Shown here: one piece after another, positions 1 through 9,900 of the stretch | How the letters are laid out: each line of letters opens with the position of its first letter | How positions within the stretch are numbered: the first letter of the stretch is position 1 | DNA from: a virus | Taxonomy: Duplodnaviria; Caudoviricetes | DNA: 61,432 nt | Direction: 5' to 3' (one strand) | IMG/VR virus record: IMGVR_UViG_3300031933_000107 | Span: 1 to 61,432 of that record | The notes under the pieces: generated by a model | Seen by the model: only the letters and a program-made list of their open reading frames with translations | What the model was told of the DNA's origin: nothing | Database searches by the model: none | Made by a program: the position numbers and the translations under genes

Positions 1-227
1 GTAACTTCCCGAACCGTCTGGGTGATGGCGCCAACGTCTACCTGGCATCTGCCGAACTGGCTGCCGTTGCGGCGCTGGAAGGCAAGCTGCCGACCGTTGA
101 CGAGTACATGGCCTATGCCAATAAGATCGACAGCATGGCGGGCGAAATCTACCGCTACCTGAACTTCGATCAGATGGACAACTATGTAGCCAAGGCTTCT
201 ACTGTCATCCCGATGGTAGAGTCGTAA
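1..227 (+). CDS. acnB: 3' end of host aconitate hydratase B (partial; last codons supplied by the prophage)
   Basis: Frame from position 3 reads NFPNRLGDGANVYLASAELAAVAALEGKLPTVDEY...IYRYLNFDQ...TVIPMVES*, the characteristic AcnB C-terminus. Confidence 0.92.
   Translation, partial: NFPNRLGDGANVYLASAELAAVAALEGKLPTVDEYMAYANKIDSMAGEIYRYLNFDQMDNYVAKASTVIPMVES
200..213 (+). repeat. att core, left copy (TACTGTCATCCCGA)
   Basis: Exact direct repeat of 61378-61391; lies inside acnB codons. Confidence 0.93.
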
Positions 228-269
228 GACAAAAAGCCTTTTTAAAACAAAAGGTTAAGCCTAAATAGC

Positions 270-312
270 AAGCCCCGAAATACCGTGCAATATGGTGTTT
301 CGGGGCTTTTTT
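270..312 (+). terminator. Rho-independent terminator after acnB (phage-supplied)
   Basis: AAGCCCCGAAATACC...GGTGTTTCGGGGCTT stem followed by a T-run. Confidence 0.8.
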
Positions 313-332
313 GTTTCAATAACTTACATGGG

Positions 333-364
333 AGTTTTACGAGAGGTTTTCGGACGTTTTCGGA
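333..364 (+). promoter_or_regulatory. Putative integrase arm-type sites (left)
   Basis: AGTTTTACGA, GGTTTTCGGA and CGTTTTCGGA in tandem; AGTTTTACGA recurs at 61312-61321. Confidence 0.6.
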
Positions 365-418
365 CATTAAAGGCAAAAGGGCCACCAGATTGGCAGCCCT
401 GTTTTCAGACCCTAGCGG

Positions 419-739
419 TCACTTGCTCCAGATCTGTTCCAGCTCGTCAGCGATTCGTTCCAGCGTATCCGACAAACCCCATGTGGCGTACATGATGGTT
501 TCCGGCTCTGAGTTCTCAACGGTAGTATCCAGCAACATCATGTCGCATACAGCCTGGCCCTGCCGAGCTGCAATGATCAGCTTCTGGATGCGCTGGGCGA
601 TCTCTGCAGGAATTGCCGGTTCGCGTGTTTCTGCTACACTGTTCATGTCTGAGCTTCCTACGGAATGGATTAATCGGATATCTGGGCCCTTGGCGATGGC
701 AGTCGCCTTGGGCCTTTCTCTTTTGTGGATGGCAGTCAT
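419..739 (-). CDS. Hypothetical phage protein
   Basis: 106-aa ORF coupled (ATGA overlap) to the upstream ORF. Confidence 0.65.
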   Translation of the reverse strand: MTAIHKRERPKATAIAKGPDIRLIHSVGSSDMNSVAETREPAIPAEIAQRIQKLIIAARQGQAVCDMMLLDTTVENSEPETIMYATWGLSDTLERIADELEQIWSK

Positions 740-1374
740 TTCCCGCCCTCCACTAACCGCAATATCGGCGGCATGCGCACCATTGATACCGAGCCATCCA
801 TGTTTTCGAACCTCTGGTATCGAGGAAGCGGGCCGAACGTGTCATCAAATGCCTGCCCAATAGCCGCGCTGAACTCCTTGTTGGTGTGCAACAGGTGCGA
901 GAATTCATACCAAGTAGCCCAATACAAAGGGTTATCTCTCGCTGCCCGCCCGCCAGAAGACACCTCCTTCTCGAACCATGTTTCAGCTCCCATGAAAGCG
1001 GCGCTGTGTAGCGAGCCTTCAGTGACAGGGTTTTGCTCAACAAACTTTTGGTAGGCAACATGACTTATACCAAGTAGCTGAGCGATATCTTGCGCGTCTG
1101 GACTGATGCCGTCATAGGCTTTCATCAGATTTGACAGCGCAAGTCCAACCTCCTTTCGCTCACCCCGCATCTGAAGAACTGCTTGCTCAATAGCAGATTT
1201 TCTGTCGGTCAGCTGCCCGACTTTTAGGTGATTAAACCGGCTCTCCTGCAACTGGTGAATTTCCTTATCAATGCCCTTGATGTTGGCGCGCTGTGCATCA
1301 ATGAATTTGTCGCAGTGCCGCATCATTCGCTTCAACGTGAACATCAGCGTGTGCGCTCTTATCTTGTCACTCAT
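736..1374 (-). CDS. Hypothetical phage protein (helical/coiled-coil)
   Basis: 212-aa ORF with ATGA overlaps at both ends, in the antirepressor operon. Confidence 0.75.
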   Translation of the reverse strand: MSDKIRAHTLMFTLKRMMRHCDKFIDAQRANIKGIDKEIHQLQESRFNHLKVGQLTDRKSAIEQAVLQMRGERKEVGLALSNLMKAYDGISPDAQDIAQLLGISHVAYQKFVEQNPVTEGSLHSAAFMGAETWFEKEVSSGGRAARDNPLYWATWYEFSHLLHTNKEFSAAIGQAFDDTFGPLPRYQRFENMDGSVSMVRMPPILRLVEGGK

Positions 1375-2279
1375 GCCGCGTGCGCCTCCTTCCGCTTGAT
1401 TGCTAGCTCCTTGAAGTCGTAAGCCGCTACATCAATATCCTTGAGAGCATCAAGGAGGGAGCGGTAGTATCGGATTGCCTGAATCGATGTGCTTTGCCCG
1501 TTCTCTTTTTCAACATTCGCGTAATCAAGATGCTTGGACTTGATGCCTTTCTCGGTGATGCGCCAGCACGGTTTATATTCCCCCTTGCTATCCCGGCGCA
1601 TAAAGGTTTCAAGATAACCGAGATCCCAGAGCAGCAGGTTAAGGTACTGCGCCTTGCTCCTGCCGTTGCCAGGAACGCCTACTTCGTCTCCCAGTTCGGT
1701 AGCTGTTGCCACCTGAGACTGATTGCTGCAAGTCAGCGCCTTGATACCCAAGCCACCGAGAACATCAACGCCCTCTTCGCGCTTCGTCCAGTCGTTTGCG
1801 GCGAGAACAGCCTCCGGCCCCTTGAGGCCAACCATACGGGCAAGCTGCAGACGTGCCCGGTGGTTTTTCGCTACATCCTGCAGTCTTGGCTGCGACTCAC
1901 TGATCTGCTGTGCAGATTTTGCATTCACACTGACAGACACCTGCTTGCTGATCTCATCATCAAGGTGATGGGTCAGTGCCACCTGTGCTGTGGCGTTTAT
2001 CAGCATGATTGGCTTGCCGAAGGTTGCCTTAAAAGCTGGCGCAAAATCTGCGCTAGCTTCGGAACGCTGAAGCTCAACAATATCGCCACGCTCTACGTAG
2101 CGTGGATATGCCTCGATTGAGCGAATCAACCGATTAAAGTCTTTCAGCTGCTCATACTTGCCTTGATCGCCCGAGTTGTTCCGGTACTGCTGATGGAAGT
2201 AGTGACTGGTGAAATACACCTGCCCGTCCCACTGAATCGGTTGCATCAATACGTTGTTGATTGGGGTGATATTACTCAT
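1371..2279 (-). CDS. Antirepressor-like protein (N-terminal DNA-binding domain, KilAC/ANT-like C-terminus)
   Basis: C-terminal TATELG...LNLLLWDLGY...WRITEKG pattern; lies directly downstream of an arc-like gene. Confidence 0.65.
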   Translation of the reverse strand: MSNITPINNVLMQPIQWDGQVYFTSHYFHQQYRNNSGDQGKYEQLKDFNRLIRSIEAYPRYVERGDIVELQRSEASADFAPAFKATFGKPIMLINATAQVALTHHLDDEISKQVSVSVNAKSAQQISESQPRLQDVAKNHRARLQLARMVGLKGPEAVLAANDWTKREEGVDVLGGLGIKALTCSNQSQVATATELGDEVGVPGNGRSKAQYLNLLLWDLGYLETFMRRDSKGEYKPCWRITEKGIKSKHLDYANVEKENGQSTSIQAIRYYRSLLDALKDIDVAAYDFKELAIKRKEAHAA

Positions 2280-2440
2280 GCTGCTTTCTCCTCTTCTGGT
2301 TTGGTTTTATTCAGCCGCTCCTCAATAGCGACCAAGATCCATGAGTTCAGGCTGCGCCGCTCGCTCCTTGCTTGCTTCTCCGCCTTTATTTTCATCTCTG
2401 GATCAAGGCGCAACGCATACGCTTTAATCTTTTTGCTCAT
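2276..2440 (-). CDS. Arc-family ribbon-helix-helix repressor (54 aa, absent from ORF track)
   Basis: Translated by hand: MSKKIKAYALRLDPEMKIKAEKQARSERRSLNSWILVAIEERL...; ATGA overlap with the antirepressor. Confidence 0.85.
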   Translation of the reverse strand: MSKKIKAYALRLDPEMKIKAEKQARSERRSLNSWILVAIEERLNKTKPEEEKAA

Positions 2441-2453
2441 CTTCTAGAACCTC

Positions 2454-2536
2454 TTGATGATGTTAAGTTGCCATCAAAGGTTAGCATCATCATCAATGAT
2501 GTCAAGTTGCCCCAGTAGAAAAAATGTTAAGTTGCC
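2454..2536. promoter_or_regulatory. Operator cluster between divergent Arc/Mnt-like genes
   Basis: ATGT(T/C)AAGTTGCC at 2460-2472, 2499-2511 and 2524-2536; inverted pair TTGATGATG/CATCATCAA at 2454-2462 and 2488-2496. Confidence 0.7.
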
Positions 2537-2550
2537 ACTATTCTCTCGTC

Positions 2551-3006
2551 ATGGAAGATAAACGATACCCAAGTCATACCCTGGATAAGTTCCAGCTCAG
2601 ATTTCCTGATGGTATGCGCGACCGCATCAAGCAAGCAGCGGAGGAGTCTGGCCGCTCAATGAACGCCGAGATCATCCACCGGCTTGAGCAGAGCTTTGAG
2701 TCTTCTGGTGTTCCGATGGATGAGTTGCCCACGCCTGAGCAAGCTCGGGAGCAGGCTGAAAAAGCACGTGCCTCGCTGCAGGTGCAGTTCAGGAGCTTTA
2801 TCAGAAGGGAGTTGAGATCCGCTATTGAGCGTGGGCTGGACTCAGCGGATATTGATCTTCATGGCTTCTTCGACGTGGAGTCTATGGAAGACGCACCAGC
2901 TGATAAGCTGATCACTGAGGTTATCGATCCGGTGATCAATGAGCTAAGGCAGGCCGGCTACGATCCTAAGGTGCATGATTACAGCCTAGTGATAGTTGAT
3001 TTTTAG
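2551..3006 (+). CDS. Arc/Mnt-family DNA-binding protein with C-terminal extension
   Basis: DKFQLRFPDGMRDRIKQAAEESGRSMNAEIIHRLEQSF is a typical Arc domain; start placed at MEDKR. Confidence 0.88.
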   Translation: MEDKRYPSHTLDKFQLRFPDGMRDRIKQAAEESGRSMNAEIIHRLEQSFESSGVPMDELPTPEQAREQAEKARASLQVQFRSFIRRELRSAIERGLDSADIDLHGFFDVESMEDAPADKLITEVIDPVINELRQAGYDPKVHDYSLVIVDF

Positions 3007-3022
3007 CAGAATCGGCACCCAT

Positions 3023-3051
3023 AAAAAACCCGCCTCAGTGGGCGGGTTCTT
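3023..3051. terminator. Bidirectional terminator
   Basis: A-run, AACCCGCC-loop-GGCGGGTT, T residues; lies between convergent genes. Confidence 0.8.
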
Positions 3052-3055
3052 GATT

Positions 3056-3658
3056 TCAGTTGCACTGCATCATATTACCGACGCTTTGACAGACTCGCCC
3101 ATCTTGCCTGATATGAGTGGGACCAGCACCGTGATTGTACCGTGTACCGTAATTATCCCAGCAACCGCCTGAATCACAGCTGGTAATATGCCCTGGCGCT
3201 CGTGCTGGAGCAGGTGCCGACGTTGGTACTGATGGTGCAGGAGTAGATGTTCCTGATGGAATCCCAGCACAGCGGGATAGGACGTCCCGTTGTGCTGCGG
3301 TTAGTCCGCGCGAACCTTTATGGACAGTCCCGGCTTCCTTGCAGACTCGCTCTCTGGCGGCAGCAGCTATTTTGTCTTGTTCATTTTGTTGTCGCCGTTG
3401 AGCAGCTTCAGCACTTCGTTGGTTTAGAGTTGCTTCTTTTCGGGCTTCCTCCGCCTTTAACTCGGCATAACGTTGCCTGTCTGCAGCAAAACTGGAAGTA
3501 TTTACCTTGGTTTCTCTACGCTGCTCGGCATCATTACCACACGGGGTCCTGGAGAAGGATTTCTTTCCTGTTTCAGGGTCTGTGCAGGTGTAGTAGGTGC
3601 CAGCAAGAGTGGTCGTTGAACAGCTGATTAAGATCAGCAAGGTTGCCATTTTTAGCAT
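3056..3658 (-). CDS. Exported DUF4124-like protein with Cys-rich C-terminus (moron)
   Basis: Signal peptide followed by YTCTDPETGKKSFSRTPC motif. Confidence 0.65.
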   Translation of the reverse strand: MLKMATLLILISCSTTTLAGTYYTCTDPETGKKSFSRTPCGNDAEQRRETKVNTSSFAADRQRYAELKAEEARKEATLNQRSAEAAQRRQQNEQDKIAAAARERVCKEAGTVHKGSRGLTAAQRDVLSRCAGIPSGTSTPAPSVPTSAPAPARAPGHITSCDSGGCWDNYGTRYNHGAGPTHIRQDGRVCQSVGNMMQCN

Positions 3659-3805
3659 ACTTGAACCTCTCCATGGTCGATCATATCCTTGCAGTATAAC
3701 CAGCTATAAATTTGATGTCAGGTAAGCGAACGCACAGAATCCTGCCCTACCATTACTCCAGCGCCTACACTTAATCACTGAATCAACAGGGTTAAAAGGT
3801 ATGGC

Positions 3806-3985
3806 ATGACCATCGCAGAACATATCACCGCCATCGTGACACTCTTCGTGCTGTCACTGCTCATCGTGTTTCATGGCAATGCGTTCCATCGGCGCAACCA
3901 GAACATGACCACCGTTCTGCTGGTCATGATCGGTATTCCGGTATTTCTCATGGTAATTGCCCTGTTTGGCGCCATCCTTGGCTGA
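3806..3985 (+). CDS. Small two-TM membrane protein (59 aa, absent from ORF track)
   Basis: MTIAEHITAIVTLFVLSLLIVFHG...TTVLLVMIGIPVFLMVIALFGAILG*; stops just before the convergent giant gene. Confidence 0.6.
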   Translation: MTIAEHITAIVTLFVLSLLIVFHGNAFHRRNQNMTTVLLVMIGIPVFLMVIALFGAILG

Positions 3986-3990
3986 TCAGT

Positions 3991-6900
3991 TTATCCTGCT
4001 TTCTGCTCCAGGCGCTCGATGACACCCTGAGTCAGCCGGTTTCGTTGTGCTGTCAGAATGTCGATTCGGGCTCGTTTGGCTTCAGGGCTGAGGCTTTTGT
4101 TTGCTTGTGCCAGTTTGATCTGAGCATTTATCTTGCTGAGCTGCTGCTGAGTCTTGTTCATCAACTGACGGTAGCGAAGCGTCCCGCGATTTGCATTCAT
4201 GAGCCCTGCCGCCGCTTCAAATTCACCAAGCTTACGCAGGTTTTGGATATCGGCGTACACCATATTCACTTCACGCAAACGGTCATAGAACTCTGTCCCG
4301 TATCGGGTGAACGACTTGGGAAGCGCATCGTTCCGGTAGAAGCGCCTGATTGGCTGATACTCATACCAAGCCCGGTCTGGCCGTTCCTCTCCTTTTGCTG
4401 CCTTCGATATGACATCCACAGTGCTTGCGCCCATTCCGCCTACCCAACCCAGATACCCCTGAATCAGAAAATCAACTTGGACAGGGCTCAGCACCAGATT
4501 GTCACTGAGCTGGCCAGTGGTTCCACGGGTGGCCGCTGCCAGCCATTTGGCCAGGTCTGTCGTGTTTGCCCGGGTGCGATATTCAGAACTCAGACGCAGC
4601 ATTGACAGTGATTCAATATCCCGGCCAGTAAAGCTGTCCTTGTTCGCATAGAGGTCAAACATTGGCTTTGCCGCCTGAGGGATCGGATTGAAGGCAAAGG
4701 TATCGGTCAGAATGTGCCCCAGGCGTTCTGCAAACAGCTTCCCGTCCTTGGTGTCATCTACCATCTGCTCCAGTGATCGCTCTGCCATGGTTGCGATAGC
4801 GCCGATCTCAAATGGTTTAGGAATAGTGAAATGCTGATCACCGACCCACACATGCCAGTAGGCATCTCGCTCCCATTCTTCCAATTCCTTGAAACGCTCA
4901 TCATCGGCATTGGCCAGATACAGAGCGATAGTAGCTGCAGTGAGTGATCCCACCACAATGGCGAATCGCTGCGCCGCCTGGCGGTCTGTTATGGACGATT
5001 CAGGACCGCCCATCATATGCTTGAGGACATTGAAACTCGGCTTTATGCCGCCGCGGTACAAACGATCCAAACCAACCAAGCGTGCATTCAAGAATGGCAC
5101 CACATCGGTCAGGAACTTCACCGCCGGCCATGCTCCCTGGCTGGAAAAGTCCATCAGGTCTCGCGCTTGAAAGGCTGCATAGAGCTTACCTTTTTCAAGG
5201 TTCTGCTGGTAAATGGCGGCGCGGTTCGAGTTCTCCATTGTGTCGCCGTAACCGGTGTACTGATCCCAAACTGCACGCCACAGGTGCACAACATCTTTCG
5301 GTGAGTCGATTGAGCGTGCACCTTTGATCTGGCGTTGAATACCTGCTTTCAGCGCATCGACATCTCCGGCGCCGTAGATATGGCCGAAGCTGAACGCTGC
5401 GCCAGAGGCAAGCATCTCTCCGCGGGTCCGGCCCTTGCTGTTTGGGCCACCATAAGCCTTGGCGCCCTTGAACACGTTGCCGAACGCGTTGTAACTCATA
5501 TTCCCAATTGCGATCGATTGCAGTGCGTCCCTCAATGTATTTGCGACCACAAATTGAGGCGAGATGGTTGTGAATGACGTGAAGGTGCGCTTGAAGCTGC
5601 GCATGATGCGACGGCTCATGGTATTGCTACCAATATCAGAAAGCGCACTCAGCGACTCAAAGACCAGATCGTCTTCAATGTCGTACCAGACTTTCTCGCC
5701 ACGATCGAGGACATAGGTTGAGGACTTCTTGTTGCGGCCAGCTTCAGTCGTGCGCGTCGCAATACCCACCATTTCAGCATTCTCAAGCGCCTGACGTGCT
5801 GCGTTATTCTTCAGGGAAGCTGACAACAGGTGCTGGAAATTCATCAGTGTGTTCTCCAGCAGGTCATTAACCTCCTGGGTACCGCCTTTCAGTCGCTTGT
5901 AAGCCTCCTGACGGCTCAGCCCTTTGGAGATATGGGGTCCTTTCGTGCCCTCTTCCTCCATCACGCGATAGAACGGGACATAAAACTCATCTCGCCACAT
6001 CTGCCGGTTATCAGGTGTGATAATGCCTGCCTCTTCAGCAATGGCCAGTACGTCGTCACGGTGCTGCTGAAACTGCGCGAATACTTGCTTGTAGAGAGTA
6101 GAGCGTTCCTTGCCTTCCTTGGTTTCCCCTTGATTCAACTCGACACCCGCAGCCACCTCTTCGGGGGTAAACAAGCGCTCATCTACAGCCGCAGCATCCA
6201 GTTCACGGTTGATGACGGTATCCGCATCCTTGATGGCTTTATTGATTTGGCGAATTTTGAGCGGTGGCAGATCCGGTTCCTTCAGCATATCCTGAAGGTT
6301 CGCTTTCTCTGCTTTGACTGCAGCTGCCCGGTCCCTTGCTGCTTGCGCTCTTTCCATAATGCTCTTGGATCGGTTGGCAGCGATCCAGCCCATGAAGCGC
6401 TCGATCTCTGCTGTAGAGCCCAGAGTTTTGAGTACATCCAGCAACCCTTTGTTGTCCCCCTCCTTCAGATCAATTACCCCGTCAGCATACTGAATGCGTC
6501 CATGGGTCAGCATCGCTGACAAGGCACCATCTGCAGCGTGTGACATTTTGGACAGAACCCATGAGCTGAAACGGGTGCGGTTCTCAACCACATCTGCGCC
6601 CTGGGCCTTTTTATCCAGCTCCAGCAATGAAGCGTATCGATCGACCATGCCCTGTCGAGTCTTCAGACCAATATTGTCTACCACTCCCGCAATGCGGTCA
6701 CGGATGCGCTCCTTGGTGGTTTTGGGACCTATCTTGTTCAGGAAACTGGACTGAGGATCAGACAGGTCATCGAATTGCTCTGCTGTCGCGGTGCGCGAAA
6801 AGCGCACATTCTGATCATCTTCTATACTGTCAGTAGAGGTGGTAATATCCATCTCGGTTGAGGGTGTGCGCGGGACATTTGACTTCCCGGTCAGGACACC

Positions 6901-9900
6901 CTCTTCTTTTTTCTCAATACTGTGGTCGTAATAGCGTTTCCCGTCATTGTGCTCTTTGACTACAGCCACTATGTCGTGAACGCGGCCATCCACTGATACT
7001 TTTATCCCGTAGAAATGTGTTGCCAGTATGTTGGCATCACCCCTCTTGTCGGCCTCTGATCCAAGATAGACGCCCCGTTCCAGTATCTCAGGGGTTACAG
7101 CTACCGACTTCACCAAGTCTGCTTGTGCGCCGCGCAGAGTGTGCTTCACACCTTTTTTGCTGATGATGATTTCATCACCATGATCACGATTGGTCACCGT
7201 TCTATTTGCAAATTTATTGGCAAAAAGAAGTGCGCGATTACTCATCTCTCTGAGTGTTTTGCCCTTCGCAATCGGGCCGCCGTCAGTCTCGATAACGGGC
7301 GCATCATCGGGCACACGACTGAACCGGGTGTCACCGTAGACGATTGTCTCAAAGTCACGTACAAACCGCGGGTCATGGGTCAGAACCGTGATTCGGCTTT
7401 CACCTTCGACAACCGCTTTCCTTGCCGCTGCAACGATCCGCAGCACCTCAACATCGGTCATCTGATCAAGACGCTCCGCAAACCGGGTGCCGGCCATGAT
7501 TTTGCGAAGCCCTTTCCGGATCAAGTGTGCGATCTGTTGAATCAGATCAGGCTGAACGGTGCCGGTACCGGCGATATGAGCGATCAGCTCATCTGCCATC
7601 ATTTCCCGGCGCTCAGCCAGTGACATATCCCCGGCATTCTCCCAGTAACCGGACAGGTCAAAGCCATACTTCTTGCCGAGACGCTGGATGCCAGGGTAAC
7701 CCCCCACGCGATTGAACAGGCGATCCATGTGCATACCGAAGGCCGGGCCATAGAGCTGCCGTAGTCCGTAGTGACCCAGCGCCTCATGCAGTACAATGCG
7801 TTCAACGTCCGCTTCTGTCCGGATCTTGTCAGCAATCAGGTAAAACCGGCCCTTATGGAATACGCCATCTATTTTGCCGCGGGCATTCTGCTTATCTATG
7901 CGCTCCTGCATATCCGCCGGAAGGTCGCGATCCGTCGCAACCGTTACCATTTCGGGTGCATTCGTCCAGTTGGCAGTGATACGAGTGGCGGTGATCTCTA
8001 CCTGATCACGCGAGATGGGCGAGCCAATATCATTCGGGACCATAGAGTCGAATGAATCTGCTTCGGTTTCACGGCTGAACTTGCTTTCGATGATGTTGCG
8101 GTCAAACTTTCGAACGGTTTGATCACCTGCGCGTGCCCCTGTATCACGGGCAGAATACAGAACCGCATCCGGAGCCTTGCCGTTGTGCATCGCCAAGCGA
8201 CGGACGGCTTCGGATAGGAAGGACTTGGTAGCAGCATTGCCAATGTTGAGCTTGAGGTATTTCAGGCCTTGCTGATTGGTTGCCCCGGTATCGCTCAGGT
8301 ACTCCGTACCAGCAAGAGCCTGCGCAGCAGCACTACCTTCAACAGGGCCAAAGACACCCACTTCGTACTCATTGGGTCGTCGCTCCGTAAGGGTTATTGT
8401 CAGGACCTCTGCGCGATCACTGGAGCCATTGCCAATAAGCTCTGCTGGTGTCACCGTCAGCGTGAAGACATTTTCCCCATCAGCTGTTGTGCTTTGTCTT
8501 CCTCGGGTGAAGATTTCGTTGAATCCCGCGAGGCCCTTATCGAAGATAATGCCTTCTGTACCGCTTCCACCTCTGCCGGAGATAACCTGAACTCTTCCCC
8601 GGTCATATCGATGTCCTGCGGTGAGGTTTTCTTCGACCCATTTTTTCTGTACCAGTCGACTGTTTCCTGATCCGCGTCGAAGTGCGCCATTGTTCAATCC
8701 CTCCCAGAACGGATTGGCTTTACCAGGAGTGTATTCGGGATCGACAGAGTTGTCTTCAGTACGGCGGCTGAACATCACAACGTTACCATCGGCAGCGGGC
8801 TTGGTTTCAATTGTGCTGAACAGCTTGTCAAAAGCTTCCGATACAGGCCCCTGCTCATCCGGTTTTAGATATGGGTAACGGCCAGGGTCGCGCTTAAACT
8901 TTTCAAAACTGGTGACATTCGCCAGGAAGTCGTTTCGGTAGCCCTGCTGTGCAAGCTTCGCAATGATATGGGTTTCAAATGATCGAGCTGCCCGCTCGAT
9001 GATCTGTGACCAGTATCCATCCGCTTTACCTTTGTCGATCACCTGGGCGCGGGTCAGCATGGGCGAAGCATTCAGCGTATTCACCAGCTCGGCAAATACC
9101 TTTTCCACTTCGGGCCGGATACCCTTCGGATGCTCAGGGTCGGCTACCCACTGTGACTCTTCGAAGCCCATGCCGCGCTCTTTGCGACGGTTATATTCAG
9201 CCTTGGTAATCAGGTAGGGCGCACGACCACCCTTCATGCTGGGCTTGTACGCCATCATTGGCTCGGGCCGGTAGGTCACAAACGCGCCTTCACGGTACGA
9301 CTTCTGATCCCCGGTGAATTCGATATCGCCCCGCTTCCGACTGAAGTAATTATCCAGCGCGTGAAACCATTCATGCGCCAGTGAGCCGGCACCTTTGGTC
9401 TTGGTCAGGTTGATAACGGTTAAATCTGGCTCGAAGTGCGCTGATGCTCGCCCACCTTTACCACGACTGCCAAAACCAATACCCAGCCTGCCATCAAAGC
9501 TCAGCGCTTTCGGTGGCAACTCCAGCACATTTGCCAGATCCATAAAGGCATCATAGGCGTCATTCAACAGGCCCTGCCGCTCCTGGCCTGCCTTGCCCTG
9601 TTTCACCCAATTGCCAAATTCGGCACCACGGAATCCGAAGGTCTCAATGAATTCATCTGCGGTCACATCCCTGCCGTTGCGGTAATCCTGACCTGTACGC
9701 TCGCGGTTCTTATCACCGCGCATATCAGCCTTGGTGACATTATCGCGCTGCTTCACGGCTTCCCATGCTTCCACCAGGTCAGCGTTGTTGTTGCGGAGGT
9801 AATCCCGTGCTTCCTTCAGAGTGTCGAAAGTTTTGAGCGGTCGCTGTTCATTATCACCGGTCTTGTTGATCTGGTAGACCGTGTGCCGCCTGTCATGGCG

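Noticed and set aside
285-863. 192-aa plus-strand ORF near the left att
   Set aside because: GTG start inside the terminator hairpin and antisense to a coupled operon
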